Shown piece by piece: positions 53,620-64,000 of a stretch of 64,000 nucleotides of DNA; position 1 is the stretch's first letter; each line of letters opens with the position of its first letter. The stretch comes from Salpingoeca rosetta (lineage: Eukaryota; Protista; Choanoflagellata). The stretch lies in contig JAWQFM010000011.1 in the NCBI GenBank assembly GCA_033442325.1, forward strand, positions 551,498 to 615,497, given 5' to 3'. Below the pieces are notes generated by a model. It searched no databases and was not told the DNA's origin. It saw only the letters and a program-made list of their open reading frames with translations. The translations under genes were made by a program, and so were the position numbers.

Positions 53620-54932
53620 TGTTAGTGCGGGCCGGCATGTGCTCGAAAGCGAATCTCGGTAGTATGCATGCAAGAGCCATTGCCCCCGTTCACAACTCAC
53701 GTGCTTATTCGTATGTGTGGATGTGTGGGTGCGGGTGACGGGTCGCTTGTTGTTGTTGTTGTTGTCATTATCTCTTGTCGTTGTTGTTGCTTGCTGCTAT
53801 GTCGTGGCTGTGTACAGCGCTGAAGGTGCTCCGGAACCTGATGACGGCGGCGGGTAGCGCCACGTTCAAGCAGCTCTTCTTCCAGAACTTCTTCCTTGAG
53901 GTGCTCCAGCAGATTCTCCTCATCGCCACAGACCCCCAATACGCAGCAAGTAAGTTGTCTGTTTGTTTGTTTGTGTTTTGTTTGCTTGCTTGCTTGCTCG
54001 TGTTTGTGTTGCTTGGATCGCGTGAGTCACTCATGACTTTGTTCCTTCTTCGTTCTGGTGTTTTTTGCTGCAATCAGATATGGTGCAGCATACGGCGCTG
54101 CTGTCGCAGATGTTCTTCTTGGTCGAGAACGGCACCATCGATGTGCCTTTGCAAGAGGGCCAGACGTCGGCAAATGTGGTGGGTATACCACGTCTTCATT
54201 TCTGGACGGAGGGGGCGTTGTGTGTGCGTGTGTGTGTGTGTGGACTCAGCGGATGCTTCAATCGCGCCGAGACAATCTGTGCTTTCACTCACCGCCACCG
54301 TGTTTGTGTTTGTATTGTTTCCTTGTTGTCATCAGGACGTCGTGCGCTCGTTTGTTGGCTCGCTGCTCAAGGAGAACTTCCCTCACTTTGCCGAGTAAGA
54401 GCGAACGGTGTGCGAACGTGAGGAAGGGGGGAATAGGTGTTGTTGGTTGGTTGGTTGGTTGGTTGGTTGGTTGGTTGGTTGGTTGGTTGGTTGGTTGGTT
54501 TGTTGGTTTTGATTGACGGAACTCACGCACTACCGCATCTTGTATTGCGGGACCTCCCCGCCCTCTTTCGCAACAACGTGCAAATCACAACAACAGCGAA
54601 CAAGTGTCTGTGATTGTTGACGGCTTCTTTGCGTATGACCAGAGCCCCGGCGAGTTCAAGAACCACCTGCGCGACCTCATTGTCCAGGCCAAGGTGTGGG
54701 CGCTGGTGCTGTTGGTGTTGCTGTTGGTGTTGCTTGGGTGTTGGCTGCCCTTGCTATGGCCTGCGCTGCATGTGCATGTTGCAAGTGATTGCATGTCGGT
54801 GCTTGGACTGTTTTGTTTGCTGATCGTCATGGCATTCGCGCATGTATATCGTGTGGGTTGGTTCTGTAGGAAATGGCCAGCGGTGATTTGGGCGACCTTT
54901 TCCTCACGGAGCGCGCCGACCAGCTCAAGGAG

Positions 54933-54963
<31 letters not shown>

Positions 54964-55280
54964 TGTGTAGGTGTGTCTGTGTGTGTGTGTGTGTCTATCT
55001 GTTTGTGTCTGTGTCTGTGCGTGTGGCGCGTGATGTCTGCTTGTGTGCGTCTGTGACTGGTTGTTGGCTGACGCCAAGCGAGCGAGCCATCGCGCTCACA
55101 CTCCACCCCTTCTCTCTCCCTCTCCCTCTTTTGTGTCTGTCTTGCTTGTCCTCGCTCTCCTTTCGCCAGGCACAAGAGCGCAAGATGAAGCGGCTTGCAG
55201 CCATTCCCGGCATGCTCAACCCGCACTCCGATGTCAGCAAGGACAAGAACGGTATTATGTCCCCCGGCTTTTCTTCATAG
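47823..55280 (+). CDS. XPO1: Exportin-1 / CRM1
   Basis: [122 protein letters not shown]. Confidence 0.97.
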
Positions 55281-55336
55281 GGTGTGTTGATGTCATTGTG
55301 TGATGTCATTGTGTGCAAAGACGAAGGAAGACTGCT

Positions 55337-55420
<84 letters not shown>

Positions 55421-55954
55421 ACGATGTATTGTGCGCGATTGCATGTTTGGGCGGGGGGCCATGCTTTGGGATACGTGCAAAGAAAGGGTGGTAACGTAGC
55501 TGCAGTGATTCTCACACACCTTAACCCTTGTTGACCTGTTCATTGCGACTGCCTCCCTCAATAGCTGGCCTTGCGTGTGGCTGCCGTTTCTTCTGCACTG
55601 GCTCGCACTGAATGCTGACTGCCACTTGTTGAGGAAGATGCCCATGGCCGACCCCATCCAACGCAGCGCTCGGTGTTGTCTGGCTTTTTTATCTGAACCC
55701 TTTCCCTCCCTTCTCTTCCTTCTCTCATGTTGTGCTTCATGCTGTGCTCGCTTGTTCGCCTTTCTCTGCCGTAGGTTTGTTCTACACTGATTCTTCGCGT
55801 GTCCTTGTTTTGTGTGTTGCTGATTGGGTGCATTGGTTGTTGAAACACGTTGTTGTGAAAATACAAAGACAAAGACACCGACATACATACATATATGTTC
55901 AGCATAACAACTCATTGGGAGGAGTGGGTAACGAGAGCATTGGCAGGAGGGGAC

Positions 55955-57409
<1,455 letters not shown>

Positions 57410-57652
57410 GGTTCAGAAGGAAGGGAGGCTGGGAAGGAGAGGAGGCTGCTCTGCTGTTGGTGGCTTGGTGTTGGATGCTCTTCGTCAGATTGGATGATGA
57501 AGCAACGTCGATGTGCAAGCAGAGCAAGAAAGTGTGAAATCCAAACACTGAGCGACAGCGACACATAAAATGATACAAACTCCAGCACTGCCTGCAAGCA
57601 AGCAAGAGCAAGAAGCAAGCAAGCACGACAGACAGTGACACAACAAAACCAA

Positions 57653-57697
<45 letters not shown>

Positions 57698-57747
57698 CAC
57701 ACACACACACATCCACACATAGACACACACACACACACACTGGAGCC

Positions 57748-59528
57748 ATGGACAACCTTGGAGTGCTGCTGGCCAACGCTGGCTTGGATGAAGAGACAAG
57801 ACACGCCATCATGGCCATCGCAACCAACCAATGCAACAGTCTCGTCATGTTCGTGTGTCTTGTTGTCGCTTGGTGTTGAGAGCTTGATGTAGTCACTGGT
57901 TCGCCTGCGGTGAGCGTTGATTCCTTGTCCTTGTTTTGCTTTTGTGTTCTGGTCCATGTCTTCACTTCGGGTTGTATGCAGGAATGCCACCGCCTCACAA
58001 TGCAAGTTGCCTTCCAATTTGTGTGCATAGGTTAACTGGGAGAAGTCTCGGGGACACTGCAGTGAAAGCAGTCGCCGAGGCTTTGAGACGAGGCCGCACC
58101 GTGCAATGGCTGGAGTGCGTTGTTGTGTCATTATGGCCTTGTTGCGTGGTCTCGTGTTCTTGTATTGCTCTCAGTGGCGCGTGTTTGTTTGTCGTGCCCG
58201 AGATCCGTCGCTCGTGTGCCATTGCTGTGCTGTTGTACCCATGGCTGCAGGGTTGCGCGCTCGTGAGCTCATGCTGCTCACCGCACCCAAAACGTCAACA
58301 CACATGCGCGCGCACACATTGCCTGGCTTGTTTCAAAGCTTAACCAACAATTGCATTACTACCCACGGCGTCCAAGAACTCGCAGAGGTCATGCTCAACC
58401 ACCCGTCGCTCACCACCGTCTCGTACGTGTTTTAATTGAGGGGGGGCATGGCATCTATCTGGTTTGCGTGAGTAGCTGCTTGTGCTTGTGGGCCTACTGT
58501 GCATTTATTGCCAATTGTACGTTGTGAGCGAAGTCCAGCATTTACACAAACAAACAAACAAACAAACAAACAAACAAACAAACATACATACATACATACA
58601 TACATACATACATACATACATACATACATACATACATACATACATACATACATACATACATACATACATACATACATACATACATACATACATACATACA
58701 TACATACATACATACATACATACATACATACATACATACATACATACACAAACACACAGACTCGCTGGGAATGACCTCGACGATCAAGCCATGTTCTTCC
58801 TCGAAGAAGTGCTGCTGCACAACCCCAAGATGAAAACAATCTCGTGTGTACTCGCGTGTACTGCGACATGTCACATACTGTGAGGTGCCCCAAGGCAGTC
58901 ATAGATTTATTTGCTTGTTCACTCACAACCATTTCCACTTGCTTGCGCGTGCGCTATGGCTAAATTGCCTTGACCACTCAGGGTGCATGACAACTCCATG
59001 GTCACGGCTCGCGGATACCAGACCATCCACAATGCCGAGAAAGCCAAGAAACAACGGGCATCATCGACTCCTGCGTAAGGTTGACGCCTTGCGCCCTCGT
59101 GTTGCGGCACACTGGCTGGTGTAGCCAATAGCGTCAGCACGCGTTGCTTTTCGTGCGACCGCACTCATTTTACTATGCCCGTTCCCTTGGCACCTGCACA
59201 TGTTTCCTTACAGTTTCGCTCACGTTGTTGAGGATGGCGATGCTGACGAAGGCCAGGACTTTGAAGTGGAGCAGCAGCAAGGGAGGGAGAATCCAGGCCG
59301 CCTGCTGACGTGGGACTTAGCTGGCCCAGGTGGGTCTCCTCGTTTGTGCCCCACGCATGGAAGTAAAGGCATGTGCTCACTTTCGCGATCGTGCATGTGT
59401 CACTCCTCTTTGCATGTGCACACATACACGTACACACACACACACACATGTACACACGACATGACACATACACACGCGCTCGCTCGCTCGCATGCATGTA
59501 CACTTTCCTACTTCAAGTCCTTCACAAT

Positions 59529-59601
<73 letters not shown>

Positions 59602-62299
59602 TGCCCGAATGGCGAATGTCCATGTGCAGCCATACCGAACGAGGGTGCTTCGTCGTCCACGGGCTCCCCTGTAAACACATCAACCGACGCCGAATCGCAT
59701 CGAGCCTCTATGCACGACGACGCGTTTGGTCAACACGACAGCATGCAAGTGGCAGAGCAAGACGCCCTGATTGAACAGCTCCGTGAGTGCGTGCCTGCAT
59801 GCAAGTTGCATGCGCCCGCGTGCCGGCCTTGTTCGTGCGTTACTGTCTTTATGTCTCAGAAGTGTTGTGGTGTCTTCGTGCACCAAACACTTGCACTGCA
59901 TGCCACGCACGCTCGATTGAAGAACTTACCGTTTTTCCTTGGGGTATCTCGTGCAACTGCCGCCAGTGGATGAACAAGCCGAGTCTCGCCGTCTGATCGA
60001 AAGCCACAGAACCCAGATCGAAAGCCAGAGAACGCAGATTGAGAGCCAACGTGAGTTGTATAATGTGCGCTGTGTCCTGTGCGCTTCGTTGTGCCTAGGA
60101 TGCTGTCTCTGGCGGATGTGTCTGCTCACGTGTGTGTCCGTGGCAGGCTTGCGCTCACATGATTTTGGTTTTGTCTCGTTGGCAGAGATTGAGATGGAGG
60201 AAATGGCAAGGTTGAAGGAGTACGTCGTGGAGCTGCAGCAGAACGCCAGTGAGAGTTTTACGGGGGCCACAGTACAACACAGAAGCGTGTGGTGTTTTCG
60301 AGTGACATGATGGCGAGCGCTGTTACAGCTCGCCCGAAGATGGTGCAGATGAGCAACAACATTGCTAATATCGATTGAGGAAGAGTGTTTCTGATATGCC
60401 CTGTCCTGTAACCCCCGTCTTGTTTACAGGTGATGAGCGAGCCCGCCTCTTGGCCCAGCTCAAACGCCTAGGTATGGTCGTTTCGAGTCGGGGATGCTAG
60501 GCGTCGCTGAAGGAAGAGCAGTGTGTTGTTTGCCTTTGTACGATCGATGCGTGAAGACGTGAGGTCCCCCTCGCTCACTCAGAAGCTCCACTTTTGACAC
60601 CCAAGATGTGCGCTCAACATCATGTACTGTATTGATTTGGTCAACAGAGAGCGAGCTTTCGTGGCACAAGGAGTGCATCACACGCCTCTACCGTACGAGG
60701 CAACCGGACAACGCAACATTCGGGCGAGATAACGGTACATGTTGAACACACTTGCAGCAAGTTGACACGTATCATGGATTATTGTGTCGTGTCGTTGTGC
60801 AACAAGCCTGCAATGTCACTACACATGCCACACGTCAAGTATCAATCTCTCTAATTCTAATTCCAATCATGCATGTGAACCATCAGGGTTTGAAGCCGAA
60901 GCCGAAGTCTCAGGCGCACAATCGTTGGAGGCCCAGCTCACGCGACAAGCAGGTGAGATGGTGCCAATGCCCCTGGCTCTCCGTGGCTCTGTGCTGTGTG
61001 TGAACTTTGTGATCGCAAACGTGGCATTCGCATACCCTACAGCAGAGCAATGCTCTTGTCTCGTGCCACCTGATATCAAGCACTCATCCCGCGTTTTCAC
61101 ACTCAAAAACTCTTGCTCTGCGTGACAGAGCTCGCTGAGAGCATGCTGAGGTTGAATCTGCGGCCCACCTTGTTTGCCGAGAAGGTTTGCGCTACAGACT
61201 CAAACGGCAACCCCACCCAAGGCAGATTTGGCCGCCTATTTCGAAGCACATTCTCCGGGCACATGGTTGCCCTCAAGGAAGTGGGGGATGTCCGGCAGCG
61301 GCCCGGGCTGCGAGAGCTGGTGCACGGACTGAAAGCGCCACTGTCGCGTCATCACGGCGACAAGCGAGTCCTGCGAGAGGTGGCCATCCTCGCCTCCATC
61401 CGCCACCCAAACGTCGTGCAATTCCTGGGCGTGTGCTATGACGAGGCAGAGAAAACACTCTTCTTTGTGCTGAGCTGGGCAGACAACGGTTCCCTGTTCG
61501 ACTTCATGTACGTGAAGAGGCGCAAGCTCAGCCACATTGACAGGCTGCGCATCTTGAGCGAGGTTGCCGGCGCCATGGAGTTCCTGCATGCCCACGACGT
61601 GGTGCACCGCGACCTCAAGTCTCCCAACGTGCTGCTGGATGCTGTGCTCTCCGCCAAGGTGGCGGATTTTGGGCTGAGCACGTTCAAGAACACGGAGACC
61701 TCTTCGCTGTCCCGAGTGACCGGAACCCCACTTTGGGCGTCGCCCGAGCAGCTGTTGAGCAAGAAGTTGCGCTCGGACACGGACGTATTTTCCTTTGGCT
61801 GCCTGGCGTGGGAGGTGTGGTTTGCTGTCAAGCCATGGCACCATGGCGAATATGAAAGGGACGGTGTATCGCTGGTGCAACTTGCCCTCAAGTACGACAA
61901 GCACGAGTACCTGCCGCTCGAGGAAGAAATCAACGGACAGGAAATGCCGGTTCACCTGCGAGCGCTCCTTCGTGGCTGCTTCACCACGAGTGGTAGCCGC
62001 CTCAGCTTTGCTCAGCTTCACGCAGCACTCAGGGCACAATATTGCGCCAACAAGGAGCACGAACCGGAACCGCTTGATTTTGAGCAGCAAACCAGGCTGT
62101 TGTATGGCAGGCCGGATGCTGTGTGGAAGTTCGACCCTGACATCCTTGCAACACTGGGGAAGAAGAAGCACGCATTGTCAACCCGCGACACAGTGTACGT
62201 CGTGCCACTTGATCTGGAGAACCAGGATGAGGCCAGCATCGTCAAGACGGTGCGTGTGTATGTGTGCGTGTGGGTGGGGGGGGGGCGGGGTGATGTGTG

Positions 62300-62385
<86 letters not shown>

Positions 62386-63541
62386 TTGTGTGGTTGTGTG
62401 GTTGTGTGGTTGTGTGGTTGTGGATGTGTGCGAAATGTAGTATGCGTTTTCTGTCTTTGGTGCTCGCTGCTCGCCCCCCCCCGTCCTAATGTCGTCACAA
62501 CTCACACCCCCTGCCCTTCTCTCTGCTTTGTATTCTGCTCTGATCTTCATCCACTGCACACCACAGCTCCTTCGTCAGGCTGGTGGTCGCACCGCTCGGC
62601 AGCCAGACCTTCTTGGGCCATTTGGTCGCAAGGTCGCGGCTGCTGGTATTACATGGTGTGATCAGAAACTCGCAGCGTTCAATGGCGCCGTGCATCGCAA
62701 CAAGACGCGCTTCCGCGGCCACCTCAGAAACACAAGCCACCCATTTGCACCCAAATATCGGCACGACACAAGCACTGGGTTTGCCACTCTCGAGGAGGAG
62801 CGCTATGTGCTGGAGCAAGTGACAATGGCGCGGCATTACAAGATGCTCGACCTACAGCAATTGTTTGCCAACCCGCAGCTACGCATCCAGCGCGTGTTTC
62901 ATGGCGTGAAATCCTTCGATGCAGCTGTGGGCATCCTGGGGAGTGACTTTGCGCGCCTGCGCATGACAGACGATGGCTGGTTTGGCGCTGGCCTCTACTT
63001 CACACCAGACCTTGATTATGCGCTTGCATTTACTCAAGAGTGCGACGGAGCCGACGTGCCAGCCGATCTTCAGCTTCCTCATCTGAAGTCGGGCAAATCT
63101 TATCGCATCGTGCTGGCTTGCGATGTGCAGTACGGCAATCCCTATCCTGTCACGAAGCACAGCGTGCACCCGCAGGCGACGTCCCACGAGAGGATGCAGG
63201 CCAGCAACAGCTTCTACACCTTCCGCAACAAACCTCTTGTTGCTGGTCACGATGCACATGTTGCTGTGGTTGATTTCCAGAGGGTTTCTGGTGACAACGA
63301 TGACAATGTCGACAACGTACGCCCCTTTGACTCGTACAAGGATTGGGAGCACCCTGACGCCAACCCCGTGGCGGAAATCCTCCTCAGTGACCCGTCCTGT
63401 GTACTGGTTCGTGCCGTGTTGGTGTTTGATGCGGAGCACGTCTCATCATCAGAGGCCACAACCACGCAAGCTGAGGCGCAATACACTGGTCCTTCAACAG
63501 CGTCAGCACCTCACACTCATCAAGCAGGCATCAAGCGTTGA
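57748..63541 (+). CDS. LRR (RI/NLRC3-type) - coiled coil - TKL Ser/Thr kinase - PARP-like ADP-ribosyltransferase fusion
   Basis: 13 phase-consistent GT-AG exons. LRR exons 58031-58114, 58339-58422, 58760-58843. Kinase exon 61129-62249 (VALK, LREV, HRDLKSPN, DFG, GTPLWASPE, DVFSFG). ART exon 62567-63541 (VFHG, GWFGAGLYFT, VLACDVQYGNPY, AEILL). Confidence 0.88.
58582..58748. repeat. (ACAT)n microsatellite preceded by (CAAA)n, running up to the acceptor of an LRR exon
   Basis: Read directly from the sequence. Confidence 0.9.
59527..59600. repeat. (AAC)n microsatellite, intronic
   Basis: Read directly from the sequence. Confidence 0.9.
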
Positions 63542-63827
63542 TGATAGAATTCGAATCCTTTTGTTATGGGCCAGCATTACAGACACTACAGAGCTTTGCT
63601 TGCAGGCAACGCGACCATTTGCACCACTCCCCCTTTCCGCCCTCGTTCACACTGTGCACACGAATTCCATTGCCAGTTGTCTGTGGTTTGTTTGCATTTA
63701 TCGTTCCTTACAAGTACAAACACACCACCAAGTACACGTACACGTACACAACACAACAGAAGCAACCAAGCCTTTCACATTCTGCCTGCTCATATCACAA
63801 TCGTCCTGCACATGTGTGTGTGTATAT

Positions 63828-63869
<42 letters not shown>

Positions 63870-64000
63870 TGGCGGGCGGGGGGAGATTCAAGCATCATCA
63901 CATTATGAGCCACATATCAATGGGGTCCCTTCATGCACGCAACACAACACGACAAACACTGCAACCCATGCAAATACCACACACACACACACACACACAC

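Overview
Intron-rich, GC-rich eukaryotic DNA whose introns are full of (CA/GT)n microsatellites, with two 100-N scaffold gaps. This fits a choanoflagellate, probably Salpingoeca rosetta (inferred from style and gene content, not from a database hit). Most of the provided ORFs are microsatellite or antisense artefacts. I spliced GT-AG exons by hand and recovered about 13 genes. In order: PhoD phosphatase (runs off the left edge), DCDC2-like doublecortin protein, TMEM209, a Q-rich protein with a C-terminal 8-Cys domain, an intronless HIT-like orphan, an XK-related scramblase, RFC2, NDUFA12, USP8, a GH18 chitinase-like enzyme, XPO1/CRM1, a DUF4476-like protein, and an LRR-coiled coil-TKL kinase-PARP-like ADP-ribosyltransferase fusion. 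Three things stand out. (1) The Q-rich protein ends in two C4 zinc fingers spread over small exons, and the second has exact nuclear-receptor spacing (C-x5-C-x9-C-x2-C-R-x2-K), although nuclear receptors are considered animal-specific. (2) The LRR-kinase-ART gene has symmetric 84-nt one-repeat LRR exons and an intact H-Y-E triad, resembling an innate-immune sensor-effector. (3) A ~370-nt microsatellite-free, apparently highly structured RNA-like island lies upstream of the zinc-finger gene.
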